Source of the DNA: Nostoc sp. DedSLP01 | GTDB taxonomy: Bacteria; Cyanobacteriota; Cyanobacteriia; Cyanobacteriales; Nostocaceae | Assembly: GCA_034530875.2 (NCBI GenBank) | Contig: JAVRCJ020000027.1 | Span: 42,328 to 106,327, forward strand | Reading direction: 5' to 3' | Length of the DNA: 64,000 bases | In this document: positions 50,983-60,908 of the stretch, one piece after another | Position numbering within the stretch: the stretch's first letter is position 1 | Layout: each line of letters starts with the position of its first letter | The notes under the pieces: generated by a model | Seen by the model: the letters and a program-made list of their open reading frames with translations, nothing else | What the model was told of the DNA's origin: nothing | Databases searched by the model: none | Translations under genes and position numbers: made by a program

Positions 50983-51369
50983 ATGACTACAATAAATGAC
51001 CCTGCTGTTGTTGCTGAAGTAACTGATTTATACCTGAAGTACGAAGAAGCTTTAGCTAATAACAATCTGGATGTGATGGATAGTTTATTTTGGGATGCAT
51101 CAGAAGTAGTGCGTTTTGGTATAACTGAAAACCTCTATGGTAGTGAAGAGATTCGCAATTTTCGCGCCTCTCGGCCGAACCCAAAAATTGAGCGAGAAAT
51201 TTCCAATCTCAAAGTTGTAACCTTTGGAAAAGATACAGCAACGGTGACTTTAGAATTTCGCCGCATTATCAATAATGTAGAGCGTTTTGGGAGACAAAGC
51301 CAAACTTGGTACAGATTTCCTCAAGGATGGAAGGTTGTTTCTGCTCATGTTTCTTTGTTGCCAATATGA
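50983..51369 (+). CDS. AtzH/HpxZ-like (DUF3225) NTF2-fold protein
   Basis: YEEAL, FW, ENLYG, GRQSQTW, VVSAHVS. Confidence 0.87.
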   Translation: MTTINDPAVVAEVTDLYLKYEEALANNNLDVMDSLFWDASEVVRFGITENLYGSEEIRNFRASRPNPKIEREISNLKVVTFGKDTATVTLEFRRIINNVERFGRQSQTWYRFPQGWKVVSAHVSLLPI

Positions 51370-51605
51370 ATTACACAACTAAGCTATTTCTTTAACATTC
51401 AATTTTGGCAACAGTCTCAGCTGCCGATGGCTACGATCTTACCTTTACCTGAGCTAAACTCATTAGAAATAATTACTCTAACAAATAATAAAGAAAAAGA
51501 TGTTGAAATATCGTGAATTCATTTGATTGGTTATTTATGGCTGTCTTTAATACATGAATTTTGAATTCTGAAACTATCTAGCTTGTAAAAATTTTTGAGT
51601 TTATT

Positions 51606-52340
51606 ATGACTAACATTAGTGAAATTGCTCCTGATATCTATCGCATTTCTACATACGAACCAACAATAGATTTGCAATTCATCCAGTTTTTGGTTAAGGA
51701 TGAAGAACCATTATTGTTTCATACCGGTCTCAAAAGGATGTTTCCACTGGTACGGGATGCAGTAGCAAAGATTATTGAACCCTCACAAATTCGCTGGATT
51801 AGCTTTAGTCATTTTGAAGCCGATGAATGTGGATCGCTCAATGAATGGCTGACTATTGCGCCAAATGCTCAGACAGTTTGTAGTGCGATCGCAGCTTTTG
51901 TTAGTGTAGATGATTTTGCCATCCGTCCGTCGAAAACTTTAGAACATAATCAAGTTTTAAACACTGGAAAATATAACTTTCAATTTCAACAAACACCACA
52001 AGTACCCCACGGTTGGGACGCAGGATTGTTATTTGAAACCACCCATAAGACACTACTGTGTTCGGATCTTTTTCATCAGTTTGGAGATGTAGAGCCACTA
52101 ACTGAGTCTGATGTAATTGACCGTTTTCGTAAAACTATCGTTAATTACGAAGCAAGTCCTTATTTTAATTACATACCTTATACAACACATAGCGATCGCA
52201 TTATCCAAGAATTAGCAGCACTCAAGCCACGAACCCTAGCAACAATGCACGGTTCAACCTTCGTGGGAGATGGCGAACGAGCATTGCAAGATTTAGCTGC
52301 GATGCTGCATGAAGTATTAGTATTGAACAAGAAGAAATGA
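51606..52340 (+). CDS. Metallo-beta-lactamase-fold (FprA N-domain-like) protein
   Basis: [19 protein letters not shown]. Confidence 0.85.
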   Translation: MTNISEIAPDIYRISTYEPTIDLQFIQFLVKDEEPLLFHTGLKRMFPLVRDAVAKIIEPSQIRWISFSHFEADECGSLNEWLTIAPNAQTVCSAIAAFVSVDDFAIRPSKTLEHNQVLNTGKYNFQFQQTPQVPHGWDAGLLFETTHKTLLCSDLFHQFGDVEPLTESDVIDRFRKTIVNYEASPYFNYIPYTTHSDRIIQELAALKPRTLATMHGSTFVGDGERALQDLAAMLHEVLVLNKKK

Positions 52341-52897
52341 CTATTCCACCATTAGTACAAAAAGCGCGATTGCTGGCTGCACAAATGGAGTTTACCCAAT
52401 CCTCGCTTCCAGAAGTCGGCCGTTTGTTGCACGTCCTCACCAACCACATCACACAAGGTAAAATTGGTGAAATTGGTACTGGATGCGGTGTTGGTGCGGC
52501 TTGGATTGTTAGTGCTTTACACCCAGATACTACATTTATCACGATTGAAATTGATTCTCAGCTTGCCTCACTTGTGCAACAGCTATTTCCAGACAAGTCA
52601 AATGTCAGCATACTTCAAGGAGACTGGCACGATTTACTCACCGATGCTCCTTTTGATTTGTTATTTGTCGATGGCGGAAAAGCAAAACTGGCTGAACCTC
52701 ACACATTGATAACTGCTCTCAAACTTGGAGGTTTTATAATACTAGACGATCTTACCCCTGAAGAGTACTGGCCTCCAGAATGGCAAGGAAGAACAGATCC
52801 CATCAGAGAATTTTGGTTGAAAGATCCTCGCGTTGCTGCTACTGAAATTCGTGTCACAGCCAAAAATACAGTAATTATAGCAACACGCATTCAATAG
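52337..52897 (+). CDS. Class I SAM O-methyltransferase
   Basis: EIGTGCG, FVDGG, LDD; ATGA overlap with the upstream gene. Confidence 0.87.
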   Translation: MTIPPLVQKARLLAAQMEFTQSSLPEVGRLLHVLTNHITQGKIGEIGTGCGVGAAWIVSALHPDTTFITIEIDSQLASLVQQLFPDKSNVSILQGDWHDLLTDAPFDLLFVDGGKAKLAEPHTLITALKLGGFIILDDLTPEEYWPPEWQGRTDPIREFWLKDPRVAATEIRVTAKNTVIIATRIQ

Positions 52898-52949
52898 AAT
52901 TACAAACAAAAATTACTTCCTATTAAGCGTACAAGAATTAATTCTATAT

Positions 52950-53053
52950 ATACCAATTTGAAAAAATAATGTGACAAATAAACCTCTTGTAGAGACTTGA
53001 TTTATTGCGTCTTCATCCAAAAATTATGTTGCAATGATTCTTTGAATTGGTAT
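52950..53053. mobile_element. Full-length MITE (ATACCAATT ends) with degenerate GTAG hairpin
   Basis: ATACCAATTTGAAAAAATAATGTGACA vs reverse complement ATACCAATTCAAAGAATCATTGCAACA. Confidence 0.75.
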
Positions 53054-53153
53054 TAAATACTCTGTTATAGCCGTAGTCAGATATGTTAGGACATTTTAAA
53101 AGCTTGAATGCCAGGAATTAGTAATACTTTTACCTCCTGCCTCCTGCCATATA

Positions 53154-55061
53154 TTAAGGTTTGCGAATATAGCCCCATTTCCCTCCTGTAAAATATTCTG
53201 TCACTTGTTCCCGGTCTTGTTTTACTTCTCCACCAACATTAACTAATGCCATGCCTTGAAAAAAAGGTTTAGCAAAATCGAAATCTCGTGGAATTATAAA
53301 TTCACCAAACCGATTAATATAACCCCACTTACCTCCAACTTTAACAGCAGCTAATTCTTCTGAAAAAATATCAGCCTCATAAAATTGAGGCTCTATAATA
53401 AATTCTCCAGTTTTATCAATATATCCCCATTTATTACCAAGCTTAACTAATGCAAAACCTTCAGAAAAACTAGTAACATCATCAAATTTATAATCAATTA
53501 AAATCTCACTATTTTGATTAATAAATCCCCATTTATCAGCCATTTTTACGGCAGCCCTATCTTCAGAGAATGATTTAGCATCATCAAATTGAGCAGCAAT
53601 ACCAATCGCACCTGTTTTATCGATATATCCCCACTTATCAAACATTTTTATAGCTGCCATACCTAACGAGAAAGATTTGGCATCATCAAATTGTAACTGA
53701 GTTTTTATTTTGATAGTTTTATCGATATACACATATTTATCATTAAATTTGACCAAAGCTAGTCCTTCGGAAAAAGGTGCAGCACTATTAAACTGAAGGC
53801 GGGTAACAAGTTTACCTGTTTTATCAATGTAACCGTATTTGTAACCCATCTTCACAACTGCCATATTTTCAGAAAATGGTGCAACCCAATCAAATTGAAT
53901 TTTTAGATTAACTGGCTCTGATGTATTTATATAAATATAACTACTATTGATTCGGCGATCGCTAAAACTATTCTTCTTAATTTCTTTTGTATCGAACCTT
54001 CCAGGAGATTGAGAGTAAACTTCAGATTTTAGTACCTTAGCCAAAGCATTATTATATTCTCGTAATCCTTCATAGAAAAAGAAAATTTCTCCTCGAATAC
54101 CAAGAGAACGGTTATATTTTATTGCTTTGACCAAATATTCTGGAGAAATCCGATATTCACCTTTTTTAAAAAGCAGCATACCAGGTATTAGTTGAGTCAA
54201 TTGCTGCTTGTTAAATTGTTTATTTACAATCCTATCTATCTCTTGCTTATAAAGTTCAAATTGTTGCTGATATAATTGCGGATGAATTAAATCAATTAAT
54301 CCCTGGTCAACCCAAGTTTGAGAATCTTGTAGATAGTTTTGCAGACTCCAAGGATGAGGACTCGGAGCCATTGAAATAACTAATTCAGGATTGATACTAA
54401 TAATTTCACGGTAGACGCGGGTTAAAAAATTTGAAAGAATATCAGCCCGCCACTGTAGCCATCTTCTCCATTTTTCTGGCTCATTGGCATTTTTTGGCGG
54501 TTCTTCATTATATTCTTGGCGATAGCGTTCAACAGTTTTTCCATCGTAACTACCTTCAATAGGTAAAGCAACAAAATGATCGTCTCCTTGAATTCCTGCG
54601 ACTTCATAATTTTTAACTACTTCTTGAAATAAAGTTAAGAAAAAATTTTGCACTTCGCTATCAAAAGGATTTAACCATTCAAAACCATTTTTAGTAAGTA
54701 ATTTACCAGCAGAGTCAAGGGCTTGCCAATCTGGTTTTTTGGCAATGATTGCCCCTCCATTTTGTTTATAAGAACTTATGAAGCCATATTCAAACCAAGG
54801 AATAACAGCAAGATTAACTCGCTTTGCTTCGACAATTAATTCAGCTAAAGGGTCTCTACCTTGAAATTCCTTTTTTATCTCAATACCAAAGTTTTCCCGC
54901 ATCACTCGGCTGGGATAAGTAGTAGCGCCGTTATTCCAAACAACAGGAAATATCACGTTAAATCCAGTGTCAGCGAGAAAGTCCATTGCCTCGGCAATAT
55001 TTTTTTTCGAGTTTAAAACTTGGCTACTTGTTGTAGTCAGCCAAATACCACGAATTTCCAT
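53154..55061 (-). CDS. GHL10-type glycoside hydrolase with WG repeats
   Basis: EIRGIWL, PWFEYG, GIQGDD, PQLY; repeated FSEGLA.V...KWGYID. Confidence 0.88.
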   Translation of the reverse strand: MEIRGIWLTTTSSQVLNSKKNIAEAMDFLADTGFNVIFPVVWNNGATTYPSRVMRENFGIEIKKEFQGRDPLAELIVEAKRVNLAVIPWFEYGFISSYKQNGGAIIAKKPDWQALDSAGKLLTKNGFEWLNPFDSEVQNFFLTLFQEVVKNYEVAGIQGDDHFVALPIEGSYDGKTVERYRQEYNEEPPKNANEPEKWRRWLQWRADILSNFLTRVYREIISINPELVISMAPSPHPWSLQNYLQDSQTWVDQGLIDLIHPQLYQQQFELYKQEIDRIVNKQFNKQQLTQLIPGMLLFKKGEYRISPEYLVKAIKYNRSLGIRGEIFFFYEGLREYNNALAKVLKSEVYSQSPGRFDTKEIKKNSFSDRRINSSYIYINTSEPVNLKIQFDWVAPFSENMAVVKMGYKYGYIDKTGKLVTRLQFNSAAPFSEGLALVKFNDKYVYIDKTIKIKTQLQFDDAKSFSLGMAAIKMFDKWGYIDKTGAIGIAAQFDDAKSFSEDRAAVKMADKWGFINQNSEILIDYKFDDVTSFSEGFALVKLGNKWGYIDKTGEFIIEPQFYEADIFSEELAAVKVGGKWGYINRFGEFIIPRDFDFAKPFFQGMALVNVGGEVKQDREQVTEYFTGGKWGYIRKP

Positions 55062-55064
55062 AAA

Positions 55065-55838
55065 TTAGGTTGCACTTGATTGATTTATGTTTTCTCTAAC
55101 TAATGCCAATCCTTCTGAAATAGGATGAACTTCATTAAATTGTGGAGGAATAACAAATTTTCCTGTTGTGTCGATATAACCCCATTTATTATCTTTTTGC
55201 ACTCGTGCGAATCCTTCTACAAAATCATCAGCAGCATCAAATTGTGGTGGAATCGCGAACAATTCTGTAGCAGGAATATATTTAGAAGGTACAGTAGGAA
55301 TTTCTAGAACTCGGCAAATAAAAGCTGCTATTTCCCCTCTAGTAACGTTTTGATTGGGCTGTAAGCGTTTGATGTCTGGGTAATTTACAACAATACGCTT
55401 TTCAGTAGCAGCTGCGATCGCACGCGTAGCATAACTAGGAATTTGACCGAAATCATCATAATACTTTTTCAAAGTATTTATCGGATCTCCTGTTACCCCA
55501 TAATTTAATCCCGATGCTAAAGCCGTTAAAGCTTGTACGCGCAGAATTAGTTCGTTAGGTTTGAACATCCCATTGGGATATCCGGACAGATAATTTGTCT
55601 GATATGCTTCAGCTATTGCTTTAACTGCCCAATAATTAGCTGGTACATCTACAAAGGTAACCCCAGGACGAGATGGTGGCTGCTTTGGTAAACCAACGAA
55701 AATAATCGCCGCAAATTCAGCACGATTCACAGGTGCGTTAGGGCGAAAAGTACCGTCTGGATAACCTTTTAATATATTTCGCTCCGCCGCAGCAAGAACA
55801 GATCCTTTTGCCCAATGATTTTGAATATCTGAAAACAT
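55065..55838 (-). CDS. SLH-domain protein with WG repeat
   Basis: FSDIQNHWA, GYPDGTFRPN, TRGEIAA. Confidence 0.9.
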   Translation of the reverse strand: MFSDIQNHWAKGSVLAAAERNILKGYPDGTFRPNAPVNRAEFAAIIFVGLPKQPPSRPGVTFVDVPANYWAVKAIAEAYQTNYLSGYPNGMFKPNELILRVQALTALASGLNYGVTGDPINTLKKYYDDFGQIPSYATRAIAAATEKRIVVNYPDIKRLQPNQNVTRGEIAAFICRVLEIPTVPSKYIPATELFAIPPQFDAADDFVEGFARVQKDNKWGYIDTTGKFVIPPQFNEVHPISEGLALVRENINQSSAT

Positions 55839-56173
55839 GGACTCGTTGAGCTATAAATATCTTTAACTGTCTTAATCTACATTTTAAAAATTGGCTACCT
55901 AAATTAATAATTTTTAGATAAAATATTCAAATTGATATAGACTTTAAAAATTAGTGAAAATCTAGGCAATTGATTTTGCCAGAAAATAAAAGATTTTTGC
56001 TTTTTAATTTAATACTTCCTAGTCCCGCCAATTAACCCACACCCAATAGGGCTTATTTAAAGGAGAAAGTGTAAAGGTAAAAGGATAATTTCAAACCTTT
56101 CCTCTTGCCCTTTTGTCAGCCTAAATCAAAGAATAAGAGTGCTTATCCAAACTGTAAAAACCAGGGTATCAAA

Positions 56174-56941
56174 ATGCCAGACAAATGGAATCCAGAACTA
56201 TACGAACGATTTCAAGCAGAAAGAAGTCGCCCATTTTACGACTTAGTAGATTTATTAGAGCGCGAAAATAACTTACGAGTCCTAGATTTAGGATGTGGCA
56301 CCGGCAAGTTAACCAAATATCTCCATGACACATTAGCAGCTAAGGAAACTTTAGGGATAGATGCTTCTGAAAAGATGTTACTGATAGCGCGTGAATTTGC
56401 AGGTAATGGGTTGCAATTTCAGCAAGCAAGGATTGAAGATAACCCCGGAGAAGGCAAGTTTGATATCGTATTTTCTAATGCTGCTTTACAGTGGTTAACA
56501 GGGCACGAAGCATTATTTACAAAATTACAAGACAAACTACAACCCGGCGGACAGTTAGCTATACAAATACCAGCAATGGATGATGAGCCAGTACATCAGC
56601 TAGCAGTGGAGACAGCAAAAGAATTTAGTCAAGAATTGGGCGGATATGTGCGGCGATTAGAAGTACTTTCTCCAGTAAATTATGCTAAACTGCTTTATAA
56701 ATTAGGCTTTGTCCAGCAACAAGTAAAGTTGCAAATTTATGGGCATTTGTTACCGTCACGTGAAGCGGTCGTGGAATGGTATCGCGGGACATTGCTAACA
56801 GCATATCAAACGCAATTAGACCCCCAAACTTACGAGCGATTTGTAGAACGATATCAGCAAAAATTATTCCAAGTTTTGCCCGATGAGCGTCCATTCTTTT
56901 TCCCCTACAAAAGGATTTTAATTTGGGGACGTAGTTCGTAA
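56174..56941 (+). CDS. Trans-aconitate-2-methyltransferase-like
   Basis: WNPELY...ERSRPF, DLGCGTG, SNAALQW, GTLL. Confidence 0.85.
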   Translation: MPDKWNPELYERFQAERSRPFYDLVDLLERENNLRVLDLGCGTGKLTKYLHDTLAAKETLGIDASEKMLLIAREFAGNGLQFQQARIEDNPGEGKFDIVFSNAALQWLTGHEALFTKLQDKLQPGGQLAIQIPAMDDEPVHQLAVETAKEFSQELGGYVRRLEVLSPVNYAKLLYKLGFVQQQVKLQIYGHLLPSREAVVEWYRGTLLTAYQTQLDPQTYERFVERYQQKLFQVLPDERPFFFPYKRILIWGRSS

Positions 56942-57021
56942 TTCGTAAGAAATAAATTACTATTACTGGTGGGGTGGGCGTCTCGCCCGCCCAGTTTATA
57001 TGGCACCCCACAAAAAAAGTT

Positions 57022-57131
57022 ATACCAATTTGAAAAAAGAATCCAACAAATACAGCATTTGTAGAGACGCGATTCATGAGCCAGCGCGTTGCGGGGGTTC
57101 CCCCCGTTGTAGCGACTGGCGTCGCGTCTTC
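57022..57131 (+). mobile_element. MITE half with a 45-nt hairpin insert (57078-57122)
   Basis: GTAGAGACGCGATTCAT-[45 nt]-CGCGTCTTC; empty version at 21446-21510. Confidence 0.8.
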
Positions 57132-57140
57132 TAATAGCGA

Positions 57141-58961
57141 TTAAATTGTGATTTTTGTGCCATCAAATTTGGTGAAGGTGAAACCTTCAAATTTTTCGCG
57201 GAACGTTAGCTTTTCATCTCTAAGAATCCCGATCGCGATCGCTTCACCAAGCGCCAAGGAAGCTGCTGCATCTGTGCGCCAGTGAATTCCAGCACTATCA
57301 CGACCCAAGCCAATATTTGCTGCCAGTTTATTCAATTCTCCACCTACTGTTAATGGCGGACCTTGGTAGGGAATCAACTTAGTAGGATCTTGAGGATCGG
57401 GTATTACTGGATTGGGAATTACATAATTCTCATCAAATAACGCCTTCAAAATCGTAACGCTAGCACCAGCACTCACCGAAGCACCACCTGGGTAAGAAGA
57501 ATGCAACGGTGCCCCTTCTGGAAAAGATTGCGGCAGTAAATAGGATTTGTATTTGCTATAGATGCGATCGAGGGCTTCTGACTTCAAGACTTCAGGATGA
57601 ATCGGATAGTTCGTTTTATTCACCTTGTTATTGTGAACCAAACCACCATAAGCCTCCGCCCGCAAACGACGGTGAACATAATACTTCTGCCAATAAGCTG
57701 CTCTGATTGCGTGTGGGCTAGCCCAAGAACATATAGATTGTGAGTACCCTGGCCCAAAGGTTCCCGAACCACCCGATTGAGTCTTCGATTTGTTATAAGG
57801 ATTGCTGGGATTGTAGGGTGAGCCAACACCACCATCTAGAGGATCGTCTTTAGCCGGCTTAGCAAGGAGAATTAAAGCAGCATTTGCATAGACTGGTGGT
57901 GGCGTGTGGGCGATTTCTGATTGGTCGCGTCCGTTGATAAAGTAGCGCCTAATCGAGTCAAACTTAATCGTTCTACCAGAATCGCCACCATTTTGTACTA
58001 ACAACCATTCCTCATAGGTTGTTTGGAAACTGTTTTCCGATATTGCTAAAGGAACCCGATTCAGCTGAGGATAACTATGCGTTCCCGCAGGCACAGGACG
58101 CAGCAAAAACTGAGAAACATAAGGGCCTACATCTACGCCTGGTAGGGTGTGGTAACTAGTTTTACCAGAGCCATCAACATAAATCGCAGTCCCGCGAAAC
58201 AGCAATTCTGGTGTTACCTTTCCGTTTTGTTTAGGCCCTTTAAATGCTGACAACCGATTTAGATCCTCAACAGCTGCTAAAATCACCGGGTTGGTTGTAT
58301 CATTGCGAAACTCGCTAAAGGGTATATCTTGCAAGAGTTGTTGCCAAGCAAGCTCGATAAATTCCGCCGCTTGTTCTGCACTATCGAGGGTGGGCGGTAC
58401 TGGAATCGCTAATTGAGAAGTATTCACCCCACTCAAGCTAATCGCTAATGGAGTCAGCGGTTGTACCAGCTTCCGTTTGCCACCCAAAATAATCTTTTCA
58501 TACTCGTTGGGATCGCCGGAGTTCAAAGCATTAATCAAAGATTGATATGCCTTTAAATCCACCTCACCCAGTTGGTTATGGGGCAATCCTCGTGTATCTG
58601 TAGCTATTTTGTTGGGATATTTCGCTTCATCTCCGTTAGTGGGATGGGGAGGAATGGGAATTTCGCGATTCTTCTTAGCTGCTGTTGTACGTACTTGAAA
58701 AGCTTTTTCACGTAAGTCGTTATGGTTGGATTTTCCCGCAGCTTCTTTGGCCTGGACAATACCTTCTCCCTTTTTGGAGGCCAAGGGAGAACCCAAAACC
58801 CCTGCAACTACACTAGCTGTAGTAAACAAACCAGCACGCCCTAAAAAAGAGCGTCTACTACCACCAAGTAAAAAGCGTCGGGGTCGCTTAACTTGTTTTG
58901 TTTCGCTGGGATTTAGAGGATCGGATTCAGAATTTTGATGAGAATTGGGATCTACTGACAT
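57141..58961 (-). CDS. Tat-exported vanadium-haloperoxidase-like (PAP2 superfamily) protein
   Basis: SRRSFL; QKYYVHRRLRAE, HSSYPGG, GELNKLA, GRDSAGIHWRTD, FTKFDG. Confidence 0.85.
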   Translation of the reverse strand: MSVDPNSHQNSESDPLNPSETKQVKRPRRFLLGGSRRSFLGRAGLFTTASVVAGVLGSPLASKKGEGIVQAKEAAGKSNHNDLREKAFQVRTTAAKKNREIPIPPHPTNGDEAKYPNKIATDTRGLPHNQLGEVDLKAYQSLINALNSGDPNEYEKIILGGKRKLVQPLTPLAISLSGVNTSQLAIPVPPTLDSAEQAAEFIELAWQQLLQDIPFSEFRNDTTNPVILAAVEDLNRLSAFKGPKQNGKVTPELLFRGTAIYVDGSGKTSYHTLPGVDVGPYVSQFLLRPVPAGTHSYPQLNRVPLAISENSFQTTYEEWLLVQNGGDSGRTIKFDSIRRYFINGRDQSEIAHTPPPVYANAALILLAKPAKDDPLDGGVGSPYNPSNPYNKSKTQSGGSGTFGPGYSQSICSWASPHAIRAAYWQKYYVHRRLRAEAYGGLVHNNKVNKTNYPIHPEVLKSEALDRIYSKYKSYLLPQSFPEGAPLHSSYPGGASVSAGASVTILKALFDENYVIPNPVIPDPQDPTKLIPYQGPPLTVGGELNKLAANIGLGRDSAGIHWRTDAAASLALGEAIAIGILRDEKLTFREKFEGFTFTKFDGTKITI

Positions 58962-59259
58962 GAGATGTTCTCCACTGGTAAAGAATTCAAATCGAAAAAT
59001 TTCGTACTCAGCACTTTAGTGCTTCAAAGTCTAAAATTAAAGCCTTAACTAGGTAAGTATTTCGCGCTGTTTTTCAAGCTTAAAATTCGCTCCTCTCTAA
59101 CCTCTTTAAAAATGAGGGAACTAAGCCCTACTTCGATAGGTGGGGGCATCTTCAAAGCTATAAGTAGGTAGGCATAATTAAATGTAAAATCCAAAAGAGC
59201 GAAACCTTTTAATATTAAAGGTTTTACCTCCTGCCTCCTGCCTTCTACTTTATTCCTAA

Positions 59260-60360
59260 CTAAATTTTTGGTGAAAAAGCTGCATATTGCTCTGGCGATA
59301 GCATAGCTTGCTTCACATCAATCGGTTTAGGAATCAATTTTAATTCATAGAATTTGTCAGCAACTTTCTGCTGTAAAGCAATCAAATTGCTATCAATTGG
59401 TACAACACCAAATGTTCTTCTTTGTGTCGCTTTTTTCATCGTTTCCAAATCAATACCTAATACCGGTGAAAGTGTAGCTGCTACCTCATCACGATGTTTA
59501 TCCGACCAATCTTCCAGAGCTTTAATTTCCTCTAGTATTGCTTTAATTGTGTCTGGATTATCGGTAGCAAACTTACGGCTAGCTAAATAATATCCGCCTT
59601 GTTTGTTAACTTCTCTGCCATCAATCAACACACGAGCATTGATACCTTTCTCTGCTGCGGCATAAAATGGATCCCAAATTACCCAAGCATCTAAACTACC
59701 TTTAACTAATGCAGCGCGTGCATCCGCAGGTGCTAGATAAATTGGTTTAATATCGCTGTATTGCAAGCCATATTTTTCTAAAACTTGCAATAGCATATAA
59801 TGGGCACTAGAGCCTTTTTGAAAACCAATTTTTTTGCCTTTTAAATCAGTTACGCTTTTAAGAGCAGAATCTTGAGGAACAAGAATAGCTTGACCCGCAG
59901 GACTCGGAGCAATTCCAGCAATATAAGTTAATGATGCTCCCGCAGCTTGTGCAAAAATTGGTGGTGATTCTCCAGTATGCCCAAAGTCAATACTACCGAC
60001 ATTCATTGCTTCTAAAAGCTGCGGTCCGGCTGGAAATTCTATCCACTCAACAGAAATGCCTTGAGGCTGCAAACGCTTTTCTAATACGCCTTTACTCTTG
60101 AGTAGAATTATCGATTTTTGATAGCCAAACTTGACTACTGATGCCTTAGCTTGATTGGAATTGTTAGCAGAACTAGCATTAGTATTACTGGGATTATCGG
60201 CTGTGCAAGCTGTAAATAATAAACTGAGACATAATCCAGTAATGAAAGCACCAGCAATAGGAAAAGGTATAACCGAGAAGAACTTATTTTGACGTACAAA
60301 ATGAGAAACCCGAAATTCCTTAAATACTACAAAAATTTTTTGTACAATGGAATTAATCAT
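59260..60360 (-). CDS. ssuA: Aliphatic sulfonate ABC substrate-binding lipoprotein
   Basis: FTAC lipobox; GYQK, EFPAGPQLLEA, PPIFAQAAG, KGSSAHY, WDPF; start uncertain. Confidence 0.9.
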   Translation of the reverse strand: MINSIVQKIFVVFKEFRVSHFVRQNKFFSVIPFPIAGAFITGLCLSLLFTACTADNPSNTNASSANNSNQAKASVVKFGYQKSIILLKSKGVLEKRLQPQGISVEWIEFPAGPQLLEAMNVGSIDFGHTGESPPIFAQAAGASLTYIAGIAPSPAGQAILVPQDSALKSVTDLKGKKIGFQKGSSAHYMLLQVLEKYGLQYSDIKPIYLAPADARAALVKGSLDAWVIWDPFYAAAEKGINARVLIDGREVNKQGGYYLASRKFATDNPDTIKAILEEIKALEDWSDKHRDEVAATLSPVLGIDLETMKKATQRRTFGVVPIDSNLIALQQKVADKFYELKLIPKPIDVKQAMLSPEQYAAFSPKI

Positions 60361-60640
60361 TGAATTTACGCCTCAAAATTATTCATTAACAGCAATTAAT
60401 CAATTTTTAGTAGTATCTGAATGGTTAAAAAAGCCTATAAACTAAAATTTGTGCGGATAACACTAACTAAATTGGAGTTATTCGCATTATTATATTTTGG
60501 TTTTTAATAAAGTAAAAAATCGGAGTAATGCTGATATTATTATTCACCCAGAAACCAGAGGAAGTTTTAAAATTAAAACATTTCTTCCGGCGTTCTGGTT
60601 GTTGCCCAGCTTCTACAAACTTATTGTAGGTAACTTATAC

Positions 60641-60666
60641 ACCGATAAATCGGTCGATTTTTAGTA
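60641..60666 (-). promoter_or_regulatory. 26-bp shared motif, site 3
   Basis: Minus strand TACTAAAAATCGACCGATTTATCGGT followed by GTATAAG, upstream of ssuA. Confidence 0.6.
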
Positions 60667-60810
60667 TGTTTATCTTACTAGATAGCAGTATTCCAGAAAA
60701 ACTGTAGAGAATGAGTATTTTTGGCTACATAACATATATAAGTTTAGAAATAAAAAATTAGCTTGTTTCTCTATTCAAGCTCTGATAGTATACGTATTTT
60801 AGGTATTAAC

Positions 60811-60836
60811 TACGTTAAATCGGTAAATTTTTTGTA
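60811..60836 (-). promoter_or_regulatory. 26-bp shared motif, site 4
   Basis: Minus strand TACAAAAAATTTACCGATTTAACGTA, 72 bp before ATG 60909. Confidence 0.6.
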
Positions 60837-60908
60837 TTTTATTGAGATTTGGCGTTATGTTACTTTAATATTTGCCAAAAGTTCAGTAAAAAAATTAATT
60901 CCAGAACT

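Noticed and set aside
58981..59006. Fifth copy of the 26-bp motif upstream of the haloperoxidase-like gene
   Set aside because: Needs a 2-nt gap and lacks the right arm
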